The notes under the pieces: generated by a model
Databases searched by the model: none
What the model was told of the DNA's origin: nothing
The model's input: the letters and a program-made list of their open reading frames with translations, nothing else
NCBI GenBank assembly: GCA_017479985.1
Contig: JAFVBL010000011.1
Span: 464-64,463, forward strand
Origin: Alphaproteobacteria bacterium
GTDB lineage: Bacteria > Pseudomonadota > Alphaproteobacteria > RF32 > CAG-239
Reading direction: 5' to 3'
Length of the DNA stretch: 64,000 nucleotides
Made by a program: the position numbers and the translations under genes
Shown: positions 1 through 9,664 of the stretch, one piece after another
Layout of the letters: each line of letters begins with the position of its first letter
How positions within the stretch are numbered: the first letter of the stretch is position 1

Positions 1-15
1 CTCGTTACGCAACAC

Positions 16-52
16 AAAAAAAAGACCGTTGTATAAAACAATGGTCTTTTTT
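16..52 (-). terminator. Rho-independent terminator downstream of tRNA-Asp (A-run/T-run on both sides, could work in both directions)
   Basis: Stem GACCGTTG (24-31) / CAATGGTC (39-46) with one mismatch and a 7-nt loop. Flanked by an A-run upstream and a T-run downstream, so the minus-strand transcript ends hairpin plus U-run. Confidence 0.6.
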
Positions 53-57
53 ACAAC

Positions 58-134
58 TGGCGGGAGCGACGAGACTCGAACTCGCGACCTCTGCCGTGAC
101 AGGGCAGCGTTCTAACCAACTGAACTACACCCCC
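58..134 (-). tRNA. tRNA-Asp (anticodon GUC)
   Basis: Reverse complement is GGGGGTGTAGTTCAGTTGGTTAGAACGCTGCCCTGTCACGGCAGAGGTCGCGAGTTCGAGTCTCGTCGCTCCCGCCA (77 nt). It has a 7-bp acceptor stem, D arm GTTC/GAAC, anticodon stem CTGCC/GGCAG with loop CTGTCAC, T arm with TTCGAGT loop, discriminator G and encoded CCA. Close to E. coli tRNA-Asp. Confidence 0.95.
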
Positions 135-310
135 GCAGAACAGTTATGTCTTATAAACTATGTTTTTTTAAATTGCAATACTTTTTTTTATTTTTTTTCA
201 CATTTTTTTACAATTTGTGTAAAAACACGGTTTTACGGGTATAACTTTATTATCTGCTTGCATTAAAATTCAAAAACTTTATTATCAGCTCAGTATTGGG
301 AAAGGGGATT

Positions 311-2296
311 ATGTCTGCTTTTGATGGTTTAAGAAAAAAATTGCGTCGTCGCCGGATAGAAGGAATGTTGCTTGCCGGTTATGCTTTTGCCGTAACTTGT
401 GCGTTGTTCCTTTCGTTGTTACACAAACCGGCTGCCGATGACGGAACGCCGAATCTGCCGATTATGCACGCAAATACGGACAGTTTCGATTTCAATGCGG
501 ATATTTTAACGCCGGCATTTAATGATTCTGCCGATGATAATCCTTTTGATTTGGTATATAATAAAGTAAATAATATAAAACTGCTCAGTTTAAATGAGGT
601 GGTAACTTCAAAGTTTGAAGAAGTGCAAAACGCCAAAAATGTGGTTATGCCGACCGAATCTAAACCGAATCGTAAAGAACAGTATGGTGAAATGTCCGGC
701 ATTTATCAAAAAGAACGCCGTGTTCTTATGGTCGAAAAGGGAGATACGTTTATCGGATTGTTGACGCGGCTCGGTATGGATACCAAAAGTGCAACCGAAG
801 CTTATAATGTTTTGCGCAAAGTTTATGATGCACGTAATTTAAAAATCGGTCAGCATATTGAATTAACGGCAACTTTCGATATTCGCGCACATCAGTTGGA
901 AACGCTTGATAAATTGGTGATTACACCGGAACGCGGGGTAAAGTATACTTTGAGCGTCAATGAATATGATAAGTATGTGGCAACGGTGGAGAGAGAAAAA
1001 TTTGAGCCGGATATCAAGGTTGTCAGCGGTACGGTTAACGGTGCAGTTGTCAATTCTTTGATAAATGCCGGTATTCCGCGTCGTTTGGCAGGTGAGGTGA
1101 TTAACAGAATGTCGTATTTGGTGAATTTTAACTCAGGTATTCACAAAGGCGATTCGTTTACGGTAAAATATGATGTCAGCAAAGCAGCAAACGGAGATGT
1201 GGTTAAAATCGGTAATTTACTTTCGGCAACGTTTAAAACAGCGAAGACGACTTATAAAATTTATCGTTTTAAAGATAATTATTATAATGAAAAAGGCGAA
1301 ACAAAGAAAACAGGTTTGGATATTAAACCTCTGGCAATGCGTAATGCGCGAATTTCATCATTGTTCGGTTATCGCCGGCATCCGATTTATAAAACGCAAA
1401 AATTTCACAGCGGTGTTGATTATGCAGCGCCGAGAGGAACAGCCATTTTTGCCAGCGGCAATGGTGTGGTCGAGATGGCGCAATACGTAAACGGTTACGG
1501 CAATTACATCAAGATTCGGCATAACGGCGAATATGAAACCGCCTACGGACATATGCAAGGCTATGCCAAAGGGATTCGCAAAGGCGTTCACGTACGCAAA
1601 GGACAAGTTATCGGTTATGTCGGAAGTACAGGACAATCAACCGGTCCGCATTTGCACTTTGAAATTTTACGCAAAGGTCAGCGTATCAATCCGCTTAAAT
1701 CCAATGTTGCGACCGGTAATGATTTGACGGGACGGACATTGACCGAGTTTAAACATCGGATGAATCAGATTGACGCGATGAAAGAGAAGATTTTCAAAAA
1801 AGAAGAGCCGGCACCGATGTTGGCTTCGGTTGCTGCCGAGCAAAAAAGGCTTGCCGCCGAACAGGCAAAAATTGCCGCTGAGCAGGCACAGTCAAACGAG
1901 ACACAAGAAAATAATACACAAAATGTCATCGCAACAGCACAAAATATGGTCAATAAAGAAGAAAATCCAAGTAAACAAAGTGCAACCAAAGTCGAACAGC
2001 AACTTATTTTGATTGATACAACCGACGGTGAGGTTAAGACAGAAAAAGCCGTCGCCGAAACTGAGAATAATAAAGAAACCGAAGATACGGCAAATACGGG
2101 AACCTCTGTCGCGGCAGATATGGAAACAGCATCGACAACGACAAACGAATCGCAGATAAATTATAAGGGCAAAATTGTGCGTCCGATCGGTATGTCTGCG
2201 GCTCAGGTCCGGCAAAAATATCTTTCAACGCAATTACCGACGGGAATTAAACCGATTACGGCACCGCCGCGTAAACCGAAATATGCCGGAAGATAA
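311..2296 (+). CDS. M23 family peptidoglycan DD-metalloendopeptidase with N-terminal membrane anchor and low-complexity C-terminal tail
   Basis: M23 motifs HSGVDYAAPRGT and GSTGQSTGPHLHFE. The ATG at 311 follows GAAAGGGGA; the ORF track starts at an upstream TTG (296). The C-terminus has AAEQ heptad-like repeats. Confidence 0.85.
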   Translation: MSAFDGLRKKLRRRRIEGMLLAGYAFAVTCALFLSLLHKPAADDGTPNLPIMHANTDSFDFNADILTPAFNDSADDNPFDLVYNKVNNIKLLSLNEVVTSKFEEVQNAKNVVMPTESKPNRKEQYGEMSGIYQKERRVLMVEKGDTFIGLLTRLGMDTKSATEAYNVLRKVYDARNLKIGQHIELTATFDIRAHQLETLDKLVITPERGVKYTLSVNEYDKYVATVEREKFEPDIKVVSGTVNGAVVNSLINAGIPRRLAGEVINRMSYLVNFNSGIHKGDSFTVKYDVSKAANGDVVKIGNLLSATFKTAKTTYKIYRFKDNYYNEKGETKKTGLDIKPLAMRNARISSLFGYRRHPIYKTQKFHSGVDYAAPRGTAIFASGNGVVEMAQYVNGYGNYIKIRHNGEYETAYGHMQGYAKGIRKGVHVRKGQVIGYVGSTGQSTGPHLHFEILRKGQRINPLKSNVATGNDLTGRTLTEFKHRMNQIDAMKEKIFKKEEPAPMLASVAAEQKRLAAEQAKIAAEQAQSNETQENNTQNVIATAQNMVNKEENPSKQSATKVEQQLILIDTTDGEVKTEKAVAETENNKETEDTANTGTSVAADMETASTTTNESQINYKGKIVRPIGMSAAQVRQKYLSTQLPTGIKPITAPPRKPKYAGR

Positions 2297-2395
2297 ACCG
2301 ACGGTTAAAAAATACGTCTTTTGACTTGATAATCAGAACAGAAAAAACTAAATTTATAATATTGAGTTTGAGATTTTCTAAAGGAACGGTATTTT

Positions 2396-2848
2396 ATGGG
2401 TAATTTGTCCGGTTTGCGTGATATTCATCTGCCTGAAAACAGTTCTTTTTTATGGCCGATTGCATACGGTTGGTGGACTGTTGTTTTGGGTATTGTATGT
2501 GTTGTGACTGCTTATTATTTCGGCAAAAAAATATGGCAGGCCAGCGCACGTTTTTATGCACAACGTATTTTGTTGTCGCTCAAAGATGATACGGAACTCC
2601 CGGCGGCAATTAAAATGTCTGAGATATTAAGACGTGTTTGTGTGCGACAATATCCGGAAGCCGTAGCTTTGTTCGGCGATGAATGGATTGCTTTTTTGAA
2701 TCAAAAATCAAAAAATCCGATTGATGCAAAAGCAGCGGCATTACTGCGTGATGCACCGTTTATAGTACCCGAGAGTAAAGCATACAAAGCTGAAGATATG
2801 CAAAAATTGTGGCAATTTTGTTATGCTTGGATTGGAGAAAATCTATGA
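2396..2848 (+). CDS. DUF4381-like small membrane protein (usual partner of BatA/BatB clusters)
   Basis: N-terminal DIHLPE..WPIAYGWW followed by a TM helix, then LRRV....P....L.GDEW..FL, which is typical of DUF4381. Its stop overlaps the batA start (ATGA). Confidence 0.65.
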   Translation: MGNLSGLRDIHLPENSSFLWPIAYGWWTVVLGIVCVVTAYYFGKKIWQASARFYAQRILLSLKDDTELPAAIKMSEILRRVCVRQYPEAVALFGDEWIAFLNQKSKNPIDAKAAALLRDAPFIVPESKAYKAEDMQKLWQFCYAWIGENL

Positions 2849-3855
2849 CGGTTTTGGCTTATCCGCAATTTTTATGGTTGTTACTGTTGCCTTTGGCTGT
2901 CTTTTATCTTTTACCGGCAGCCGGAAAAATGTACGGTGATGCGTTGCGTGTGCCGTTTGTGCGGGATATTTTAAAAATCAACAATGAAAGCAAATATCGC
3001 CGCAAAAATTATCAGGCAAAAAGTATCTCATCGTTCTTCAAACTGGTGCTGTCAGCTTTGATTTGGGGATTGATTGTTGTTGCCTTATGCCGTCCGCAAT
3101 GGGTGGGAGAGCCGCATAAAGCACGTCACGAATCGCGGGATATTATGTTGGTGGTCGATATTTCAACTTCTATGCTGGAAAGAGATTTTGTACATCAAAA
3201 TAAAGCATACAGTCGTTTGTCTGCCGTTAAAAGCGTAGTCAGCCATTTTGCTGATGAACGGACAGATGATAGAATCGGGCTGATTGTTTTCGGAACCCGT
3301 GCATATCAGCAAGTGCCGCTGACTTACGACAGACAGTCTTTAAAAGAAACATTATCGGCAATAGATGCCGGTATGGCCGGAAATTCAACTTCTATCGGAG
3401 ATGCGGTCGGATTGGCGCTGAAGTATTTGGCTCAAAAAGATAATGCTGCTAAAAATAAAGTAATTATTCTGTTGACGGACGGTGAAAATAATGACGGCAG
3501 TCTGTCGTTTCCGCAAGCAATAAAATTGGCGGAGGACGAAGATGTCAAAATCTATACCGTCGGTATGGCAAACAGCACGGAGATAATGCTTGGCGGTATG
3601 TTTGTTTTTCAATCCGATGCCGGTTTGGATGAAGCAAGTTTGAAACGATTGGCGGAAACAACTCAGGGACAATATTTCAGGGTTAAGGATTTCCAATCTC
3701 TGTATGCGGTGTATGATCAAATCAATCGTTTGGAAGTACAGGAACAGGAAGGTCATTTTGTGCAGGAAACCAAAGATTTGTTCTATTATCCGGCAGCGTT
3801 GGCTCTGTTGTTGTTTGTACTGATGTTGACCTTCAGCGGGAGAAAATTAAAATGA
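2845..3855 (+). CDS. batA: VWA domain-containing membrane protein, BatA-like
   Basis: N-terminal TM (FLWLLLLPLAVFYL). VWA MIDAS motif DISTSM and LLTDGENN. C-terminal TM. ATGA overlap on both sides. Confidence 0.8.
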   Translation: MTVLAYPQFLWLLLLPLAVFYLLPAAGKMYGDALRVPFVRDILKINNESKYRRKNYQAKSISSFFKLVLSALIWGLIVVALCRPQWVGEPHKARHESRDIMLVVDISTSMLERDFVHQNKAYSRLSAVKSVVSHFADERTDDRIGLIVFGTRAYQQVPLTYDRQSLKETLSAIDAGMAGNSTSIGDAVGLALKYLAQKDNAAKNKVIILLTDGENNDGSLSFPQAIKLAEDEDVKIYTVGMANSTEIMLGGMFVFQSDAGLDEASLKRLAETTQGQYFRVKDFQSLYAVYDQINRLEVQEQEGHFVQETKDLFYYPAALALLLFVLMLTFSGRKLK

Positions 3856-5822
3856 GTTGGTGGTCGGAATTTCATTTTTTGCGTCCGTATTGGCTGATTG
3901 CTCTGATTGTGCCGTTTGTGTGGTCGTGGATTATTGTCAGAAACGAAACAATACAATCGTCTTGGGCAGAGGTTTGTGATGAACATTTATTGAAATATCT
4001 GTTGATTAAAGGCGAAAATAAGCAACGGCGGATTCCGTATATTTTAGGTGTTGTGTTTTTGATATTGACAATATTGTCTTTGGCGGGACCGACGTGGCAT
4101 AAAAAACAAAATCCGGCGTTGAGTGTGGATAATCCGGTAATGATATTGTTGAATTTATCCGATGATATGATGCAAACCGATGTTACTCCGAACAGATTTT
4201 CGCGCGCGAAATATATTATTCAGGATGTGTTACAGACATTTAATACGACAGAAACCGGTTTGATGGTATATGTTGACGAACCGTTTGTTTTGACGCCGCT
4301 GACCGAAGATGTGTCGTTAATCGAAAATTTATTGCCGGAAATCGATCAGAATATTGTGCCGTCGGGCGGTGACAGATTGGATAGGGCGATTGATATGGCG
4401 GTCGGTCGTATGCAGAATGCCGGCTACGATAAAGGAAATCTGATTGTTATCACTGCCGATGTAACGTCTTATTTTGAGACGGCTCTGCAAAACGCGGAAA
4501 AAGCGTATCGGCAAGGATTTGAGGTTAATATCATTAAAGTCGGTACGCAAGAAAACGATAAGTTGAAGATGATAGCCGAAAAAGGCGGCGGTCTGTATTT
4601 GAATTATAATCAAAGCTATGAAACTCTCAGTCAAAAAATTAACGATATTTACAAAAAAGAGCTCAAAGAAAGCGAAAATATGCAGTCGGAATGGGAAGAC
4701 GGCGGTTATTATTTGTTATGGTTACCGGCATTGTTGTTTTTATATTATTTTCGCAAAGGTATTGTTTTTGCGTTTATTTTATGTTCCCTGAGTTCACCTG
4801 TTTATGCCGGTTGGTTTTTGAATAATAATCAGGAAGGAATGCGTTATTTTAAGCAGGAACAATATGATGCGGCAGCACAAAAATTTGAGGACGCGCGTTG
4901 GCGCGGTGCGGCGGCATATAAAAACGGCGATTATGAAAAGGCATATCAGGATTTTGCCGCGGAAGATGATGCAACAGCCTTATATAATCAGGGAAATGCT
5001 TTGGCAAAATCGGGCAAAATTGATAAAGCAATCGAAAAATATGAGGAAGCTTTGGATAAACAACCGGATTTTGAAGATGCGGCATATAATTTGGAATATT
5101 TGAAACAGTTGCAGCAACAACAGCAAAGTTCGGAAAATCAGAAAAACGATAATAGTGATAAACGCGAAGATAATACACAGCAGGAGGACGGACCTAAAAA
5201 ACAAGATACAAATCAAAATGCCGAAGGTGACGGCGAACAAGGTGATAACGAACAGCAACAAAACGAAGAGAATCCGGAAAATAACAGCCAAAACCAAAAC
5301 AAACAACGCGGTCAGCAGGACGAAACCGAAGAAGATCGAGCACAACAAGGTAATCAACAAGATAAGAACGATAACGAAGATAAAGCCGAGTCGGAAAATC
5401 AGAAAGACGGTGAAGAACAAGATTCCCAAAATTCGCAGCAGAAGCAAGAACAAAATCAGCAATCTGACGAGCAGAATCAGCAAGAACAATCCGAACGAAA
5501 TGTAAATTCCGAGCAAAATAAAAATTCGGAGCAGCAGTCCGAAAATAACTCTCAGCAACCACAGAATCAGTCCTCTGCGGAAGAAAACGGAACCGAAGAT
5601 GAAACGCAAACCGAAGAAACACAAGCGCAAAGCGGAAATGAAGATGAACAATCCGACACGGAAGCCGAAAATGAAGCTGTCGAATTCGGGGATACCGAAG
5701 ATAAAGATCGGGAAATGCGTCTGCGTATGCAGAAATTCCGTAATGTGCCCGAAGATACCGGCGGCTTGTTAAGAGCATTGATTGCCAAAGAATACAGCAA
5801 AAACAGATATAAAGATGAATGA
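3852..5822 (+). CDS. BatB-like VWA protein fused to BatC-like TPR region, with a long acidic/Q-rich linker
   Basis: N-terminus WSEFHFLRPYWL plus a VWA region. TPR-like segment YKNGDYEKAYQDF...YNQGNALAKSGKIDKAIEKYEEAL. About 200 aa of Q/E/N/D low complexity. Conserved-looking C-terminal VPEDTGGLLRALI. Confidence 0.75.
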   Translation: MSWWSEFHFLRPYWLIALIVPFVWSWIIVRNETIQSSWAEVCDEHLLKYLLIKGENKQRRIPYILGVVFLILTILSLAGPTWHKKQNPALSVDNPVMILLNLSDDMMQTDVTPNRFSRAKYIIQDVLQTFNTTETGLMVYVDEPFVLTPLTEDVSLIENLLPEIDQNIVPSGGDRLDRAIDMAVGRMQNAGYDKGNLIVITADVTSYFETALQNAEKAYRQGFEVNIIKVGTQENDKLKMIAEKGGGLYLNYNQSYETLSQKINDIYKKELKESENMQSEWEDGGYYLLWLPALLFLYYFRKGIVFAFILCSLSSPVYAGWFLNNNQEGMRYFKQEQYDAAAQKFEDARWRGAAAYKNGDYEKAYQDFAAEDDATALYNQGNALAKSGKIDKAIEKYEEALDKQPDFEDAAYNLEYLKQLQQQQQSSENQKNDNSDKREDNTQQEDGPKKQDTNQNAEGDGEQGDNEQQQNEENPENNSQNQNKQRGQQDETEEDRAQQGNQQDKNDNEDKAESENQKDGEEQDSQNSQQKQEQNQQSDEQNQQEQSERNVNSEQNKNSEQQSENNSQQPQNQSSAEENGTEDETQTEETQAQSGNEDEQSDTEAENEAVEFGDTEDKDREMRLRMQKFRNVPEDTGGLLRALIAKEYSKNRYKDE

Positions 5823-5830
5823 GGTCGAAT

Positions 5831-7636
5831 ATGTTTAATAAGTTTTTATCAGTATTAACTTTTATGATGATATATTGTGCGATGGCAAATGCCGGTCAGC
5901 TTTCGGCAACGGCCGAGCCGAAGCAGGTTCGGTATGGAGATTTTGTGCGGTTGGACATATCATACGAGGGTGATGATGCCGGTACAATTCAGCCGGATTT
6001 CGGTGCTTTGCAAACGGACTTTTCCATTTATTCGACTTCAAGATCACTGCAATCAAGTTATACCAACGGAATCGGTCGGCAAAAACATTCTTGGATATTG
6101 TTGCTGAAACCTAAAAAAGAAGGAAATTTGCAAATTCCGGCCATTCAGGTCGGTAAGGAACAAACATCACCGCTTGAGGTAAAAGTTTATGCCGCCGGTC
6201 AACAGCCTATATCACAACCGCAAAACAATATAGCGCCAAACGGTTATGACACCGCACAAACGCAAAATCATTCTCAGACCAAACAAAACGGTAATTTTTG
6301 GGCGGAATTGAGTGTTTCGAACAAAAATCCTTATATTCAGCAGGCGGTTAATGCAACGTTATATGTTTATGATAATAAAGGTTTGGATTTTCAGCAAGAA
6401 CCTGTTTTTGACGATACGGATAACTGGATTATTCAATCAACGGGCAATCCGATTGTTTCGACAAATCACGGCCAACGCGTTATTGCCTTCGGTTATGTGA
6501 TGATTCCGCAAAAAAGCGGTAAGATAGCTGTTCCGCACGCTCAAATCAAGGGCAGCTATATCGATTCGACCAAAACACCGGTTACCAACTCAATAGATGG
6601 TTTGTTTAAGATGTTTGAGGTGAATTTTGATTTGAATAATTTATTTGCCGCTCCGACTCCGGTTTTGTTGGAAACAAAGCCGGTAGATGTCAATGTACGT
6701 CCCGTACCCGAAGATTACGGAAATGCTTGGTGGCTGCCGGCAACGGCTTTGCGGCTTAATGCACAATGGGCGGATAAACAACCGGTGTTTAAGGTCGGCG
6801 AGGCCGTAACACGGGAAATATCGCTGATTGCGGCAGGAGTCGGGGAAAACCGAATTCCGGAGTTGAAACTTAAAAACAATTCAATATGGAAACAATATCC
6901 GGAAAAACCTCAAGTCAGCACCACGTTGCATAATAATGAGTTGATTACGCAAGCTGTCACGCGCGTGGTTTATATTCCGCAAAAAGGCGGTGAGCAAAAA
7001 ATTCCGGAAATAAAGCTCAGGTGGTACAATACCAAAACAAATCACATTGAAACCGCGGTTATTCCGGCGGAGACAATTTGGGTCGCAGGTGAAGTTGAAT
7101 CGGCTTTGGTTTCGGAACAAAAACAGCTGACAACATCGCCGGTTTCCAATACAAATCTGCAAAAATACAAACAGCAAAGTTTTCCCGAATACGACAAAGC
7201 GGTTAATAAAAGCGTTAATAATTTGATGCAAAAAATAAAAACAGGTGCGCTGATTGTTATGGCGTTTATTGCCGGTTTACTGATAAGTTTTTTGATTTTC
7301 CGTCGATATACACCGAAAGAAAAGAATAACATTCAAAACGACAGCCTTAAACAAATTGAGCATAGCTTGGAGATTAAAGATTATCGCGGTTTGCGAGATG
7401 CTTTGCTGTTATGGTGCGAACAAAATTTTCCGACGGAGGAAATTAAAAATCTTGACGATTTATCCGCTTTTATTGATTCTGATGAATTCAGACAGCAAAT
7501 GCAAATTCTTAATGATAATTTATACGCCGGCGGGCACAATGAGCTTGCGGCAAAGATAATTTGCGAGAGTTTGAAGAAAAAGCGTATCAAAGCAAAAAAG
7601 AAAATTAAACAACCGCTACCGGATTTATACAAATAA
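5831..7636 (+). CDS. batD: BatD-like (oxygen tolerance) protein
   Basis: Signal peptide, repeated beta-rich modules, a late TM helix (ALIVMAFIAGLLISFLIF), and position directly after batA/batB. The ATG at 5831 is preceded by GAGG. Confidence 0.7.
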   Translation: MFNKFLSVLTFMMIYCAMANAGQLSATAEPKQVRYGDFVRLDISYEGDDAGTIQPDFGALQTDFSIYSTSRSLQSSYTNGIGRQKHSWILLLKPKKEGNLQIPAIQVGKEQTSPLEVKVYAAGQQPISQPQNNIAPNGYDTAQTQNHSQTKQNGNFWAELSVSNKNPYIQQAVNATLYVYDNKGLDFQQEPVFDDTDNWIIQSTGNPIVSTNHGQRVIAFGYVMIPQKSGKIAVPHAQIKGSYIDSTKTPVTNSIDGLFKMFEVNFDLNNLFAAPTPVLLETKPVDVNVRPVPEDYGNAWWLPATALRLNAQWADKQPVFKVGEAVTREISLIAAGVGENRIPELKLKNNSIWKQYPEKPQVSTTLHNNELITQAVTRVVYIPQKGGEQKIPEIKLRWYNTKTNHIETAVIPAETIWVAGEVESALVSEQKQLTTSPVSNTNLQKYKQQSFPEYDKAVNKSVNNLMQKIKTGALIVMAFIAGLLISFLIFRRYTPKEKNNIQNDSLKQIEHSLEIKDYRGLRDALLLWCEQNFPTEEIKNLDDLSAFIDSDEFRQQMQILNDNLYAGGHNELAAKIICESLKKKRIKAKKKIKQPLPDLYK

Positions 7637-7699
7637 CTTGCAAAACCGAAAAATATATGCTCTAATCAAACCGATATTGTAAAGATACGGAGTTTTTCT

Positions 7700-8770
7700 A
7701 TGCCCTTTTTAAAAAGAACAATAATGTGGACATTATTTTTGGCGGCAATGTATTTCGGCGGAACCGCAGCTCAAAGCTCAAGCAACTTTTTACAGGGTAT
7801 GGGTTTTGTTTCGATGGTGGTTGCCTGTGTTTGTTTATACATCATTTTCAAACTGATATGGGGGCCGCTCGGCACTTTTATGCGTATGGTGATTGTAGGC
7901 GGTGTTGTATTGTTTATGGCTTTTTCCATAGGTTTATTTAACGGTAACACAATACAATCGTTTTTAAACGGCAGTCCGCGGCCGATGAAAGTGCCGGAAT
8001 TTTCTCCCGAAGAACAGCAAAAAAATATTGATGAACTCGGAATTGCGATGTTTGGCGGCAATACAGATGAGAATACTGCAGAACAAGCGACCATACCGGA
8101 GAATACCCAATCAACTGCTTCCGATGCGGGTGCCGCACAACCGACACATAAAGCCGGTAATCAGATGCCGATTCGGGTTTCACATAAAGCTTCCGGAAAT
8201 TTTATGGATAAATTAAAATTCTGGTTCGGCAATAATCAGACAGATGAAAATATATCCAAAACACTTGATCCGATGAAGTATCCGGAGATGTACGGACATC
8301 CGAAAGTTTACAGCGGAAGTGTTTTGGTTTTAAACGGCATTAAAATTAAACTCTTCGGGATTGAAGCACCGGAACCGCGACAAACTTGTGAAAATAAATA
8401 CGGAAATTCGTATGTATGCGGAAAAGAAGCGATTATCTGGATGCAGGATAAACTGAATAAAAAAGATGTCAGTTGTCGTATTTTAGGCAAAATTCAAAAC
8501 GGTTGGACAACAGGTACCTGTTTTGCCGATAACGGAAAAACAGATGTTGCTGCGGCAATTGTCAATGCCGGATGGGCGGTAGCGTATACGGAGCATACGC
8601 AAATATATGTACCTTATGAGCAAGAGGCGGCCGCCGCACGGCGCGGTTTGTGGGCAGGTAGATTTTATAAGCCTTGGGATTGGCGGAAAATTCAAAACAG
8701 AAAAGGCGAAATAAAAATAAAACGATCTTCCGGAAATTCAAATTGGTTTAATTTTAAAGGATTATTTTAA
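7700..8770 (+). CDS. Membrane-anchored thermonuclease (SNase-like) family protein
   Basis: C-terminal IKLFGIEAPE...Q.C....G..Y.CG.EA...GWAVAY....Y...E.EA...RRGLWAG matches the staphylococcal-nuclease fold signature. N-terminal TM helices. Confidence 0.7.
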   Translation: MPFLKRTIMWTLFLAAMYFGGTAAQSSSNFLQGMGFVSMVVACVCLYIIFKLIWGPLGTFMRMVIVGGVVLFMAFSIGLFNGNTIQSFLNGSPRPMKVPEFSPEEQQKNIDELGIAMFGGNTDENTAEQATIPENTQSTASDAGAAQPTHKAGNQMPIRVSHKASGNFMDKLKFWFGNNQTDENISKTLDPMKYPEMYGHPKVYSGSVLVLNGIKIKLFGIEAPEPRQTCENKYGNSYVCGKEAIIWMQDKLNKKDVSCRILGKIQNGWTTGTCFADNGKTDVAAAIVNAGWAVAYTEHTQIYVPYEQEAAAARRGLWAGRFYKPWDWRKIQNRKGEIKIKRSSGNSNWFNFKGLF

Positions 8771-9222
8771 TGAAAAAAGTTTTTGTATCGTCATCTGAAG
8801 AAGATACGGCAAACATTGCACGGCAAATCGCACAGATTGCACAAATGGGCGATATTTTTGCTTTAAACGGTACACTTGGGGCGGGTAAAAGTGTTTTTGC
8901 ACGGGCATTTGTGCAGAAACTGACAGATGCCAAAGAAGTGCCTAGCCCGACATTTACATTATTGCAAATGTATAAAGCACCGAAATTCGATATTTATCAT
9001 TATGACTTGTATCGTCTTAAATATCCGCAGGAACTGTTTGAACTTAATGTCGATGAGGCATTTTATTCCGGTGTGTGTCTGGTGGAATGGCCCGAGAAAA
9101 TGGGTATGCTGACGCCGCGGAATATATGGAACGTTGATTTTGAAATCAAAGATGACGGACGAGTTATCACAATATCTTCAGACGATACGGAAAAAATGAA
9201 GAGATTGGAAAATGTCGGATAA
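8770..9222 (+). CDS. tsaE: tRNA t6A37 biosynthesis ATPase TsaE
   Basis: P-loop GTLGAGKS, PSPTFTL and YHYDLYRL motifs. About 150 aa. Confidence 0.9.
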   Translation: MKKVFVSSSEEDTANIARQIAQIAQMGDIFALNGTLGAGKSVFARAFVQKLTDAKEVPSPTFTLLQMYKAPKFDIYHYDLYRLKYPQELFELNVDEAFYSGVCLVEWPEKMGMLTPRNIWNVDFEIKDDGRVITISSDDTEKMKRLENVG

Positions 9223-9664
9223 TTGTTTGTTGCACGCCAGCTTGGTCGCCTTTGATGACTACGGGGTTTTGTTGCAAGGTAAAAGCGGTTACGGAAAATC
9301 GGATTTGGCATTAAGACTGATTGAAAATAAAGGTGCGGTTTTGGTGGCTGATGATGTCGTCTTTATGGAAAAAAAAGAGCAAAAGTTATCAGGAAAAGCA
9401 CCGCAGAATATCGCGGGTAAACTGGAAATCAGAGGTGTCGGAATTGTTGATTATCCGTATAAAAAGGAGGTCGAGCCGGTATTGAATATCAACTTGGTAA
9501 ATAGTGCCGATAAGGTTGAGCGAATGCCCAAAGAACGAACAACCTGCATTTTGGGACTTGAAATTCCGCAAATAGATTTGTATGCTAAAGAAAATTCCGC
9601 ACCGGATAAAGTGGTGGCGGTGTTGCGTTGTATAAAAAAACAACAGAGAGAAAGAAGATTATAG
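9212..9664 (+). CDS. hprK: HPr kinase/phosphorylase, short alphaproteobacterial type (catalytic C-terminal domain only)
   Basis: HASLV...GVLL.GKSGYGKSDLALRLI....LVADD, then LEIRGVGIV. Only 150 aa, so the N-terminal domain of Firmicute HprK is absent. Overlaps tsaE by 11 nt. Confidence 0.8.
   Translation: MSDNCLLHASLVAFDDYGVLLQGKSGYGKSDLALRLIENKGAVLVADDVVFMEKKEQKLSGKAPQNIAGKLEIRGVGIVDYPYKKEVEPVLNINLVNSADKVERMPKERTTCILGLEIPQIDLYAKENSAPDKVVAVLRCIKKQQRERRL

Noticed and set aside
4980-5778. Long alternative-frame and antisense ORFs (4980-5651 minus, 5194-5778 minus, 5155-5505 plus) inside the batB/batC gene
   Set aside because: They coincide exactly with the Q/E/N/D low-complexity tract. Their translations are monotonous L/F/I- or R/K-rich strings typical of reading biased DNA in the wrong frame. 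They have no SD or start context.
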